Below are positions 16,450 to 24,682 of a stretch of 26,688 bases of DNA, one piece after another. The stretch comes from a virus (taxonomy: Duplodnaviria > Caudoviricetes), in the IMG/VR virus record IMGVR_UViG_3300042453_004355, positions 1 through 26,688 of that record; one strand, given 5' to 3'. The notes beneath the pieces were generated by a model, which did no database searches, was not told the origin of the DNA, and worked only from the letters and a program-made list of their open reading frames with translations. The first letter of the stretch is position 1. Every line of letters begins with the position of its first letter. Both the position numbers and the translations under genes were made by a program.

Positions 16450-18602
16450 TCGGCGGCGGCGCGCAGAAGATCACGGTTGAGATCGGCGGCAAGATCGCCG
16501 CCAGCCTCGGGGCCAGCCTGCGCACCGCTCAGGTGCAGGTGTCGTCGTTCGGGCGGAACGTGAACCGCACGATGAACGACGCGGCGACTGCCGGCCGCAA
16601 GGGCTTCAAGGGCATGTTCGACAACGCGCTGTGGCAGCAGGCTGCCGTCGGCGCAGCGGGGATCGGCGTGGCCCTCGGCGCGAGCATCCGCCAGGCGGCA
16701 TCCTTCGAGCTCATCCTGAGCGACATCGGCAAGACCGCCAACATCGGCCAGGCGGAGCTGAAGGGCCTGTCCGGTGAGCTGCTGCGCCTCAGCGGCCGGA
16801 ACCTCACCAACCTGTCGCCAGAGAAGCTGGCAGCCGGCATCCAGGACCTGGTGGCCCAGGGCCTGGAGCTGAAGGATGCCGTCGCATCGATGGAGTCGCT
16901 GGGCAAGGTCGCGACCGCCACCAACTCCGACCTGCTCGACGTCACCAAGACCGGCTTCCAGCTGCAGAACGCGCTGAAGATCCGCCCGACGGAGCTGAAG
17001 GCCACCTTCGATGCGCTGGCGTTCGCCGGCAAGCAAGGCGCCTTCGAGCTGAAGGACATGGCGCAGTACATGCCCACCATCGCCGCGGCCGCCGGCAGCC
17101 TTGGCATCCAGGGCAAGGAAGGTGCAGTGGCCCTGGCCAGCATGATGCAGATGGTGCGGAAGGATGCGCCCGATGCAGGCCAGGCCGCGACGCGCCTGAC
17201 CGACGCGATGCTGAAGCTCACCGCGCCCGATGCGGTGAAGCGCTTCTCCAAGTTCGGCGTCAACATCGAGCAGGTGCTGAACAACGCGAAGGCCCGGGGC
17301 ATCAACCCGATGGAGGCGGCGGTCGCTGAGCTGCAGCGGGTGACCGGCGGCGACGTGTTCAAGCTCTCCCAGATCTTCGGCGACAAAGAAGCCAAGCTGG
17401 CACTGATGTCGCTGATGAAGTACCGGCAGGAGTACGCGAAGCTGAAGGCTGACGCCGGCGGCGCGGCCGCGGCCGGCACCGTCGACCAAGACTTTCAACG
17501 GAGCCTGGCCACCTTCCAGGGCACGCTGACCAGCTTCCAGAACAGCGCGCAGCGGCTTGGCATCGCCGTCGGCAACTCCCTCCTGCCCCCCCTTACCCGA
17601 CTGGCGGAGGTGATCACCCCGATCGGCGAGGGGATCGCGTCGTGGGTCGCGGCCAACCCTGGCCTGGCCACCGCCATCACCGTGATCGGTGCGGGACTGG
17701 CCGGCCTGGTGGTCGCCCTGCCGATCATCGCGGGGATCATCACGGCCATCGGCACCATCGGCACTGCGATCGGCGCTCTGACCACTGCCTTCCCGGTCCT
17801 GGCCGGGCTCGGCACTGTGTTCGCGATCCTGGCCCCGCCCATCGGCATCGCGGCGGCAGCCATCATCGGCTTCGCCGCACTCGCCTTCGTGGTGGTGAAG
17901 AACTGGCAGCCGATCTCCGGGTTCTTCTCCCGCCTCTGGCAGGGCGTCATCCAGACCGTCGCCAGGGTGGGGCCGACCCTGCTGGGTCTCCTGCTTCCGA
18001 TCCCGGCGCAGATCATCCGCCTATTCACCGGGGCCGGCATCGGCCAGCGGATCATCACCTCGATCATCGATGGCCTCAAGGCCCGAGCCGGTGCGCTGTT
18101 CTCCTGGATCGGCGGCGCTGTCTCCCGCATCAACTCGATGGTCGGCGGTGGCGGCGCCACTGTCCCTGCAGCGCCGGCTGCTCCGCCGGTCTCCCCCGCC
18201 AACAACATCCGCCCCATCCCAGGCCGTGCCGTCGGTGGCCAGGTTCGCGCGGGCTTCCCCTACATCGTCGGCGAGCGGCGCCGCGAGCTGTTCGTGCCCG
18301 GCTTCGATGGCGCGATCATCCCTCGCATCGCCAGGCCCCTCACTGCTGGCGCACTCGCCGGCCTGCTGTCCGTCGCCCCGCCGGCCGCAGCTGCTGGCTC
18401 CGCCCGCGCGCTACCTGCGCTCGCGCCCGCCCCCGCGCGCGCGAGTGCTGCTGCTCCAGCGGCGGCCATCACCATCAACGCTCCCATCACCATCACGGCC
18501 GCCGGCGGCGACGCCATGGAGATCCGCCGCCAGGTCGATGATGCCCTCCAGGACCTGGTGCGGCAGATGGAGTCCGCCTACCGCACCCTGCTGAACGACT
18601 GA
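16446..18602 (+). CDS. Tail tape measure protein (TP901-family core)
   Basis: Ala/Gly-rich helical protein with AGKQGAFELKDMAQYMP, hydrophobic segments, NWQPISGFF and a C-terminal RAVGGQV.AG.PYIVGER.RELFVP motif. Confidence 0.95.
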   Translation: MIGGGAQKITVEIGGKIAASLGASLRTAQVQVSSFGRNVNRTMNDAATAGRKGFKGMFDNALWQQAAVGAAGIGVALGASIRQAASFELILSDIGKTANIGQAELKGLSGELLRLSGRNLTNLSPEKLAAGIQDLVAQGLELKDAVASMESLGKVATATNSDLLDVTKTGFQLQNALKIRPTELKATFDALAFAGKQGAFELKDMAQYMPTIAAAAGSLGIQGKEGAVALASMMQMVRKDAPDAGQAATRLTDAMLKLTAPDAVKRFSKFGVNIEQVLNNAKARGINPMEAAVAELQRVTGGDVFKLSQIFGDKEAKLALMSLMKYRQEYAKLKADAGGAAAAGTVDQDFQRSLATFQGTLTSFQNSAQRLGIAVGNSLLPPLTRLAEVITPIGEGIASWVAANPGLATAITVIGAGLAGLVVALPIIAGIITAIGTIGTAIGALTTAFPVLAGLGTVFAILAPPIGIAAAAIIGFAALAFVVVKNWQPISGFFSRLWQGVIQTVARVGPTLLGLLLPIPAQIIRLFTGAGIGQRIITSIIDGLKARAGALFSWIGGAVSRINSMVGGGGATVPAAPAAPPVSPANNIRPIPGRAVGGQVRAGFPYIVGERRRELFVPGFDGAIIPRIARPLTAGALAGLLSVAPPAAAAGSARALPALAPAPARASAAAPAAAITINAPITITAAGGDAMEIRRQVDDALQDLVRQMESAYRTLLND

Positions 18603-19531
18603 TGGCCGCACCGATCTTCCAACTCGGCTCCTTCCAGTTCGACCTGCCGAACGGTGTGCCCCAGTCCCTCGATCGCACCGCCGACTACCGGTGGGAGACG
18701 CAGGACCGGTTGCTGCGCGATCCTGCCGTGCAGTACCTCGGCCCCGGCAGCCAGGAGATCAGCCTCGATGGCATCCTCTACCCGGGCTTCTCCGGCCGGC
18801 AGGCCACCGTCGAGCAGCTCCGCACCCTCGCCGCCCAGGGCCAGCCGCAGACCCTCACCGATGGCCTCGGCCGCAACTACGGCAAGTGGGTGATCCGTCA
18901 GGTGCGCGAGGGCCTCAGCACCTTCGCACCTGGCGGTGGCGCACGCCAAATAACCTTCCACCTGGCGCTGCTCCGCTACGTCGACGACAACCCAGGGCAG
19001 GCGGCCAGCCCCCTCGCCGTCGCCAGCAGCGCCATCCCATCCTCAGCGCTCAGCGCCCTGGTGCAGGGCCTCGGGCAGTTCACCTCTCCCGGCGGTGCGT
19101 TCAGCGACGTGGCCCTCAACGGTCTGGCATCCGTCACGGGCCTGCCCGTCTCCCCCCAGGCAGCCGGCCTCAACCTCGGCCAGGTGGCGTCGATCGCACG
19201 CGCCGTCGTGAACCGCGACTATGTGGGCGCCGCGCTCGGCGCGTTCGGCCTCGCCAACATCAACATCGACCAGAGCAACACCTGGGCCCAGGTGGGCATC
19301 AACGCCGCCCAGCTGGTGCAGCAGGTGGGCCAGGGGAATGGCGCCCCGGCGATCAGCGTCGCACTGCAGGCCCTCCGCCCGGCCACCTCCACCATGCTCA
19401 ACACCCTCGGCGGTGGGACCGGCGGCGGCCAGGCGCTGGGCGATCTGATCAGCAGCGCCGCCACCATCTCCACCATCCTGGATGTCGATCCATTCGTCAC
19501 CGAGGCCGTGCGCGGCGCGATCCAGCCATGA
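18602..19531 (+). CDS. P2 gpU-like tail tube initiator with a long Ala/Gly-rich C-terminal extension
   Basis: FQLGSFQF, L.R..DYRW..QDRL..DPAVQYLGPG..EISLDGILYP and DGLGRNYGKWVI, followed by ~180 additional residues. Confidence 0.88.
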   Translation: MAAPIFQLGSFQFDLPNGVPQSLDRTADYRWETQDRLLRDPAVQYLGPGSQEISLDGILYPGFSGRQATVEQLRTLAAQGQPQTLTDGLGRNYGKWVIRQVREGLSTFAPGGGARQITFHLALLRYVDDNPGQAASPLAVASSAIPSSALSALVQGLGQFTSPGGAFSDVALNGLASVTGLPVSPQAAGLNLGQVASIARAVVNRDYVGAALGAFGLANINIDQSNTWAQVGINAAQLVQQVGQGNGAPAISVALQALRPATSTMLNTLGGGTGGGQALGDLISSAATISTILDVDPFVTEAVRGAIQP

Positions 19532-19743
19532 CCCAGCAGCTCTACATAACCCGGCAGTTCGAGATGGTCGATGAGATCTGCCACTCCTACTACGGCCGCA
19601 CCCAGCAGACGGTGGAGGTGGTGCTCGCCGCCAACCCAGGCCTGTCGGACATGGGCCCGGTCCTACCCGAAGGCCTGACGATCGCGCTGCCTGACATCCC
19701 AGAACCGAGCGTGAGCGAGGTGGTGAGGATCTGGGATCCATGA
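19528..19743 (+). CDS. Tail protein X (LysM-like)
   Basis: MTQQLYITRQFEMVDEICHSYYG...VEVVLAANPGL..MGPVLPEGLTIALPD...VRIWD. ATGA overlaps at both ends. Confidence 0.93.
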   Translation: MTQQLYITRQFEMVDEICHSYYGRTQQTVEVVLAANPGLSDMGPVLPEGLTIALPDIPEPSVSEVVRIWDP

Positions 19744-21575
19744 GCACCCCCGCCTTCCGCGTCGTCGCTGACGGGACCGACATCACCGACAAGATCCGGG
19801 ACCGGCTGATCAGCCTGCGCATCACCGACCAAGCCGGCCAGCAGAGCGACAGCCTGGAGCTCACCATCGACGATCGCGAGAAGCGCATGCCGGTGCCGCG
19901 GTATGGCGCATGGCTGCGCGTCTGGCTCGGCTACGACACCGGCGGCCAGAAGCCCGCCTACATGGGCGCGTTCGCCGTCGATGACGTGGACCTGAGCGGC
20001 GGGCCCCGCTCGATGGTGATCAAGGCCACGGCCGCCCAGACCGCGCCAGAGCTGACGAAGGAAGGCCGGAGCCAGAGCTGGAGCAACAAGACTCTCGGGC
20101 AGATCGTCCAGGACATCGCGAAGCGCAACGGCCTCCAGGCGGTGATCAACAAGCCGCTGAGCGACATCCAGATCAAGCACGAGGACCAGACCAACGAGAC
20201 CGACCAGAGCTTCCTCACCCGCCTGGCGGAGAAGTACAGGGCCACGATCAAACCGGCTGACGGGAAGCTGGTGGTGGTGGAACGCGGCAAGGGAGCCGCC
20301 AGTCCGGTGCCTAACCCAACCGGTCGCATCACCGCCGGCCAGGCCACCGCCCTCGCGCGGCAGGCGGGCTTCACCGGCAACGACGCGGTGATCATGGGCG
20401 CGATCGCCATGGCCGAGAGCACCGGCAACGTGCGAGCGCTCAATAGCAAGCCGCCCGATCTCAGCTACGGCCTGTGGCAGATCAACATGATCGGCGGCCT
20501 GGGCCCCGCGCGTCGCGCCCAGCTGGGTCTGTCGAGCAACGAGCAGCTCTATAACCCCGCGACCAACGCCACGGCCGCTCGGGCGATCTGGCAGCAGCAG
20601 GGCTTCAACGCCTGGTCGGTCTACAAGAGCGGCGCCTACCGCCGCTACCTCGATGCAGCACGACAGGGCGGGGCCACGCTGGCTGGCCTCGATGCGCTGA
20701 GCCAGGGCAGCTTCACGATCAGGGAGCGGGAGGTAAGCACCTGGCGGGCGACGCTGAAGGGTCGCGGCGCCTATGGCGCGGTCAGCGCGAAGTGGCTCGA
20801 TCGCACCACCAACAAGGAGAAGGTGCACACCGCTGGCCAGAGCGACGGCCAGCTGCCGACCTTCGAGGAGAAGCAGCTGTTCAAGACCGAGGATGAGGCG
20901 AAGGCCGCGGCCGACAGCAAGCTGCAGTCCCTTCGGTCGGGCGAGGTGCGCGTCAGCCTGACGATGCCGGGCCGGCCTGATCTGAACGCCGAGGGGAGCA
21001 TCACCCTGCAGGGCTTCCGGCCGGAGGTGGACGGCACGTGGAATGCGAAGACCGTCACCCACGACATGGGCCCGTCCGGCTACTCCACCTCGGTGGAGTG
21101 CGGCACCCAGGGGGATGAGAACGACGGATGGGTTGGTGGCCAGGCCAGCGGCGCGAACAACGGCCTGCCGGCTGGCGACAAGGCCCGGCTCCTCGCGCAG
21201 GCGGCCGAGCGCGCGCGCGGGATGAACACCAGAGGAGGCCCCGACGGCGGCAACAATGCTTGCCTGTTCGCGGTCAACAAGGTACTGAGGGGTGCCGGAA
21301 TCACGCCGCCGTGGGGCAACAGCAACTACGTCCCCACCGCACGCAGCACGCTGGCATCTGGCGCCGGCACGCTGCTCTCAGGCCCAGAGCCTGGCGCCAT
21401 CGCGATCATGCGCGACAACGGCAGCCCCCCATACCCTCACATCGGGATCGTCGGCAACGATGGCCGCACCATCATCAGCAACAGCAGCAGTCGCGGCAGC
21501 TTCAGTTGGGCGGCCGGTGAGGGCAGTTACACCAGCACCTATGGGCAGCGGCCGGAATACTGGCGGCTGAAGTAA
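19740..21575 (+). CDS. Baseplate hub (P2 gpD / late control D) with an inserted lytic transglycosylase and a C-terminal CHAP/NlpC-like domain
   Basis: gpD motifs: RLISLRITDQAGQQSDSLEL.IDD, QTNETDQSFLTRLA, GRPDL.AEG.I.LQGFRPEVDG.W. SLT motifs: AIAMAESTG, SYGLWQIN, NPATNA, GFNAWSVY. CHAP-like motifs: NACLFAV, PHIGIV, IISNSSS. Confidence 0.9.
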   Translation: MSTPAFRVVADGTDITDKIRDRLISLRITDQAGQQSDSLELTIDDREKRMPVPRYGAWLRVWLGYDTGGQKPAYMGAFAVDDVDLSGGPRSMVIKATAAQTAPELTKEGRSQSWSNKTLGQIVQDIAKRNGLQAVINKPLSDIQIKHEDQTNETDQSFLTRLAEKYRATIKPADGKLVVVERGKGAASPVPNPTGRITAGQATALARQAGFTGNDAVIMGAIAMAESTGNVRALNSKPPDLSYGLWQINMIGGLGPARRAQLGLSSNEQLYNPATNATAARAIWQQQGFNAWSVYKSGAYRRYLDAARQGGATLAGLDALSQGSFTIREREVSTWRATLKGRGAYGAVSAKWLDRTTNKEKVHTAGQSDGQLPTFEEKQLFKTEDEAKAAADSKLQSLRSGEVRVSLTMPGRPDLNAEGSITLQGFRPEVDGTWNAKTVTHDMGPSGYSTSVECGTQGDENDGWVGGQASGANNGLPAGDKARLLAQAAERARGMNTRGGPDGGNNACLFAVNKVLRGAGITPPWGNSNYVPTARSTLASGAGTLLSGPEPGAIAIMRDNGSPPYPHIGIVGNDGRTIISNSSSRGSFSWAAGEGSYTSTYGQRPEYWRLK

Positions 21576-21598
21576 GGTGCCCCCGTTGAGGCTTTCGC

Positions 21599-21889
21599 AT
21601 GGCGGCTGATCACGACGTCTCCCATGGAGACATCCTCCACAAGGTTGGTCAGATGGAAGGCAAGCTCGATGCGCTGATCATCAGCAACAGCGAGAAGCGC
21701 AGCGACCTCGGCGAAGCGTTCAAGCGGATCACAGAACTGGAGAAGCGCGTAGCGCAGGGAGTGATTCTCACCGTCGTCGTCGCCCTGTTCGCACCGCTCG
21801 TCTGGCAGTCAATAGCCTTCCGTATACACTTTGGCGAACCACCGGCTGAGGCCAGCAGCCATGACCAGCGAACAGGGACTCATCCCTGA
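21599..21889 (+). CDS. Coiled-coil single-TM protein, putative holin/antiholin (XhlA-like)
   Basis: VGQMEGKLDALI...RITELEKRV followed by hydrophobic GVILTVVVALFAPLVW. Precedes a lytic enzyme. Confidence 0.55.
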   Translation: MAADHDVSHGDILHKVGQMEGKLDALIISNSEKRSDLGEAFKRITELEKRVAQGVILTVVVALFAPLVWQSIAFRIHFGEPPAEASSHDQRTGTHP

Positions 21890-22604
21890 CATCATCCCGT
21901 TCTTCGAGCACTGGAAGGGGCTGCCGCATCAGCGGGCGGGGGCCCAGGAGTTCTGGGCGGCAGTGCCGGCCAGCCTGAAGAAGCGCGACGCCAGCTGGTA
22001 CCAGACATGGCAGGCGGCCGGAAAGCAAGAGGACCCTCGCACCCTCAGCAATCCGCTGCAGGTGCCCTACTACAGCCAGCGCGACTCGGCCACCGAGCAC
22101 GCCATGAGGATGTGCTTCAGCAGCTCCTGCGCCATGCTCCTCGAGGCGCTCAGGCCCGGCACCCTCAAGGGGCCGAACGGAGATGACACCTACCTGGGCC
22201 GCGTGCTGCGCTATGGCGACACCACCGATGCGACCGCGCAGATCAAAGCCCTCGCGCACTTCGGCGTCTCCGCCCGGCTGGATCAGACCTGCACGTCTGA
22301 GGACGTGAAGGCGCAGATCGACAAGGGCATCCCCGTGCCGCTCGGGTTCATCCACAAGGGCGGCCTGGGGAGCCTCCACGGCGACGGCCACTGGATCACG
22401 GCCATCGGCTACGACGACAGACACTTCATCGTCCACGATCCGATGGGCGAGCTGGATGTGGTGAACGGCGGCTACATCAACAACTGGGGGGCCAGGCTGC
22501 GCTACACGTTCCGCAACTTCTGCCGTCGGTGGGAGGTGATCCCATCAGGCAACAGCTACCGCTATGCGCCCGGCAACGGCTGGGCCATCATCGCCACACG
22601 CTGA
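21861..22604 (+). CDS. C39-like cysteine peptidase (putative endolysin) with a cyanophage-type N-terminal domain
   Basis: LQVPYYSQRD, RMCFSSSCAM (Cys), GDGHWITAIGYD (His) and IVHDPMGE (Asp). N-terminus FFEHWKGLPHQRAG. Likely start is ATG 21861. Confidence 0.82.
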   Translation: MTSEQGLIPDIIPFFEHWKGLPHQRAGAQEFWAAVPASLKKRDASWYQTWQAAGKQEDPRTLSNPLQVPYYSQRDSATEHAMRMCFSSSCAMLLEALRPGTLKGPNGDDTYLGRVLRYGDTTDATAQIKALAHFGVSARLDQTCTSEDVKAQIDKGIPVPLGFIHKGGLGSLHGDGHWITAIGYDDRHFIVHDPMGELDVVNGGYINNWGARLRYTFRNFCRRWEVIPSGNSYRYAPGNGWAIIATR

Positions 22605-23149
22605 TGCAACTCTCCGACCTGGTGCGCGTCTACCCTGATGCGCTCTCACGCGCCACCTGCAGCCAGCTGATCACCGGCTTCGAGGCCCTCCAGGGCGAGC
22701 ACGTGCACGTGCACACCGAAGGACCGTGGTTCACCGAGCTCAACCTCACGCAGCGATGGCAGCGCGGGCACGAGATGGCGTTCGAGGCGATCCTGCCGTT
22801 GTTCGAGGCCTACTCGCGCGACCTGCAGATCTTCCCGACGCAGTGGCCCGAGCAGCTGGCGTTCGAAGAGCTGCGGATGAAGCGCTACCGGCCCGAGGGG
22901 GAGGAGGCCTTCCCGGAGCATGTGGACGTGGGCGATCACGCCAGCGCGCGGCGGTTCCTCGCGGCGCTGCTCTACCTCAACGACGTGGACGAGGGCGGCG
23001 CCACCGTGTTCCCCGGCTGGGGCCAGCAGATCCAGCCGGTGGCCGGGACCGTCGTGCTGTTCCCGCCGCTGTGGCCCTGGCTGCATGCCGGCCGGCCGCC
23101 GATCTCAGGGCCGAAGTACATCATCAGTTCTTACCTTCACTACACCTAA
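22604..23149 (+). CDS. 2OG-Fe(II) oxygenase (prolyl 4-hydroxylase-like)
   Basis: TGATG-coupled start (MQLSDLVRVY). HVD...LLYLNDVDEGGATVF...VLFPP.WPWLHAG.PP.SGPKYI gives the HxD...H...K set. Confidence 0.92.
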   Translation: MQLSDLVRVYPDALSRATCSQLITGFEALQGEHVHVHTEGPWFTELNLTQRWQRGHEMAFEAILPLFEAYSRDLQIFPTQWPEQLAFEELRMKRYRPEGEEAFPEHVDVGDHASARRFLAALLYLNDVDEGGATVFPGWGQQIQPVAGTVVLFPPLWPWLHAGRPPISGPKYIISSYLHYT

Positions 23150-23164
23150 CCTGGAGACACGGCG

Positions 23165-23500
23165 ATGACTACCCACCCCGACCTGGCAAAGGCCTCCGCC
23201 ATCCTCGGCATGGTGGGCGCCTCGATGGTGCTTGGCTTGAACGTAGCCGTGGGTGCGCTCTACATCCGCGACTGCCGAGTGAGCGGCGGCAGCTTCAATG
23301 AGTGCTGGGACCGGGGCCTGTCGATCTCCGGCTTGGGTTCTGGCGGCCCGCTGGCGGCCGCGCTGGGCATCGGCGGCTACGTGATCGGCGCCAGCAGGGG
23401 GCGCAAGGAAGGCCAGGAAGAGGGTTTCGCCGAAGGCTACTGGACCCTCAATCCTGACCTGCACCAATCCCCGGACAACCCCGACGGAAGAGGCCACTGA
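23165..23500 (+). CDS. Membrane protein, putative holin
   Basis: GGAG RBS, two hydrophobic segments flanking a two-Cys loop, charged C-terminus, and TGATG-coupled to the lysozyme. Confidence 0.5.
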   Translation: MTTHPDLAKASAILGMVGASMVLGLNVAVGALYIRDCRVSGGSFNECWDRGLSISGLGSGGPLAAALGIGGYVIGASRGRKEGQEEGFAEGYWTLNPDLHQSPDNPDGRGH

Positions 23501-23961
23501 TGACGATCGATCGCGTTGCAATGACCCGCCAGCTGCGCCTCCACGAGGGCGAGCGGCTCAAGCCCTACCGGTGCACCGCCGGGAAGCTGACGATCGGCAT
23601 CGGCCGCAACCTGGAGGATCGCGGCATCACGGCCGAGGAGTCGGCGATGCTCCTGGCCAACGACATCGCGCGGGAGGAGCGCGAGCTGCTCCGTGCGCTG
23701 CCGTGGGTGGCGCAGCTCGATGAGGTGCGCCAGCGGGTGCTGCTCGACATGAGCTTCAACCTTGGCCTGGTGGGCCTGCTGAACTTCAAGAACACCCTGG
23801 CGGCGATCCAGCGGGGTGAGTATCAGCGGGCCGCGGCGATGATGCTCGAGTCGCGGTGGGCCGGCCAGGTCGGCGAGCGTGCGCAGCGGCTGAGCCGGAT
23901 GATGGCGACCGGGGCCACGCCGCGTGAGCTGTGGCCGAAGCCGGCCGCCAGGGTTGGCTGA
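23500..23961 (+). CDS. Endolysin, T4-lysozyme-like (GH24) muramidase
   Basis: LRLHEGERLKPYRCTAGKLTIGIGRNL, VLLDMSFNLG..GL..FKNTL and ML.SRWA.QVG.RA.RL. Confidence 0.93.
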   Translation: MTIDRVAMTRQLRLHEGERLKPYRCTAGKLTIGIGRNLEDRGITAEESAMLLANDIAREERELLRALPWVAQLDEVRQRVLLDMSFNLGLVGLLNFKNTLAAIQRGEYQRAAAMMLESRWAGQVGERAQRLSRMMATGATPRELWPKPAARVG

Positions 23962-24150
23962 TCAGCTGGCCAGCGCCTTGCGCACCTGGTAGCGGGAGCA
24001 GCCGAGCTGCTGAGCGATGCGTTGCTGGGAGAGGCCCATGTCGCGCAGGCGGCGGATCCGCTGTGTGCGAGACATGGTGGCCCAGTCGAGGATGAGCAGG
24101 GGGAGGACCAGCAAGGCAGCGATCCAGGCGAGGGTGCAAGCGATGGACAT
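23962..24150 (-). CDS. Small membrane-anchored helix-turn-helix protein
   Basis: N-terminal hydrophobic helix followed by IRRLRDMGLSQQRIAQQLGCSRYQVRKAL. Confidence 0.8.
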   Translation of the reverse strand: MSIACTLAWIAALLVLPLLILDWATMSRTQRIRRLRDMGLSQQRIAQQLGCSRYQVRKALAS

Positions 24151-24186
24151 GGATGGAACCGGCCAGTGCCGGGCGATGGTGTGGTG

Positions 24187-24212
24187 ATCGGCGGCGCGCT
24201 CGGCCTGCCGAT
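24187..24212 (-). other. Stem-loop at the probable 5' end of the HTH gene transcript
   Basis: Minus strand ATCGGC-A-GGC-CGAGCGC-GCC-GCCGAT, just downstream of a CATGAT -10-like box. Confidence 0.55.
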
Positions 24213-24215
24213 GGA

Positions 24216-24274
24216 TCCATCATGCGCCCGGCCGCCGCGTCATGTCGTGCCGTCGTCGCAATCCGTAACAATCG
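24216..24274 (-). promoter_or_regulatory. Bipartite promoter motif, copy A
   Basis: CGATTGTTACG-gat-TGCGACGA-N25-GCGCATGATGGA. Confidence 0.65.
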
Positions 24275-24551
24275 GGCCGAGGTGGCGACTGCGCCGCCGC
24301 AGCTGCCGGGCCCAGAACCACAGCGATGCAACTCCGAGCAGCGCCGCGGGGGCCGGCACCTCTGGAGGGAGCGTGGCAGGCGTCAGCTCACCCTGCCGAG
24401 CAGTGGCCAGCTGGGTCGCGGCCGGCGCGGTGGACACCAGCGGCCTGGGGAACTGCTGCTGACGTTCAGGCGGCACAGGCAGGCCCCAGAGGTTGCCGGC
24501 GCAGCCGGTCAACAGGCCGGCGGCGAGCACCAGGGGCAGAGTCCGTCTCAT
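24240..24551 (-). CDS. Small lipoprotein with a cyanobacterial PEP-CTERM-like sorting signal
   Basis: Signal peptide and lipobox MRRTLPLVLAAGLLTG|C, Pro/Thr/Ala-rich linker, and VPAPAALLGVASLWFWARQLRRR. Confidence 0.72.
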   Translation of the reverse strand: MRRTLPLVLAAGLLTGCAGNLWGLPVPPERQQQFPRPLVSTAPAATQLATARQGELTPATLPPEVPAPAALLGVASLWFWARQLRRRSRHLGPIVTDCDDGTT

Positions 24552-24571
24552 GGGGGATAACGCAGTGGCAC

Positions 24572-24630
24572 TCCATGATGCGCGCCCCGATGCAGGCTGG
24601 GGAGCGGTTCGTCGCACGTCGTAACAATCG
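24572..24630 (-). promoter_or_regulatory. Bipartite promoter motif, copy B
   Basis: CGATTGTTACG-acg-TGCGACGA-N25-GCGCATCATGGA, with the same spacing as copy A. Confidence 0.65.
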
Positions 24631-24682
24631 CTCTGCAGCGTCTGCTACGGGCAAGGCCCCAAGCCATCGCTACCCTGCCGGC

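Noticed and set aside
6556-21062. Long antisense and alternate-frame ORFs (e.g. 6556-7986, 10858-12294, 13997-15436, 19590-21062)
   Set aside because: These are shadow ORFs of high-GC3 genes; they overlap well-supported structural genes and have no motifs.
4805-21575. Tailocin/eCIS/T6SS interpretation of the PAAR-sheath-tube-baseplate set
   Set aside because: Capsid, neck, lysis and integrase genes are contiguous with it, which indicates a true phage.
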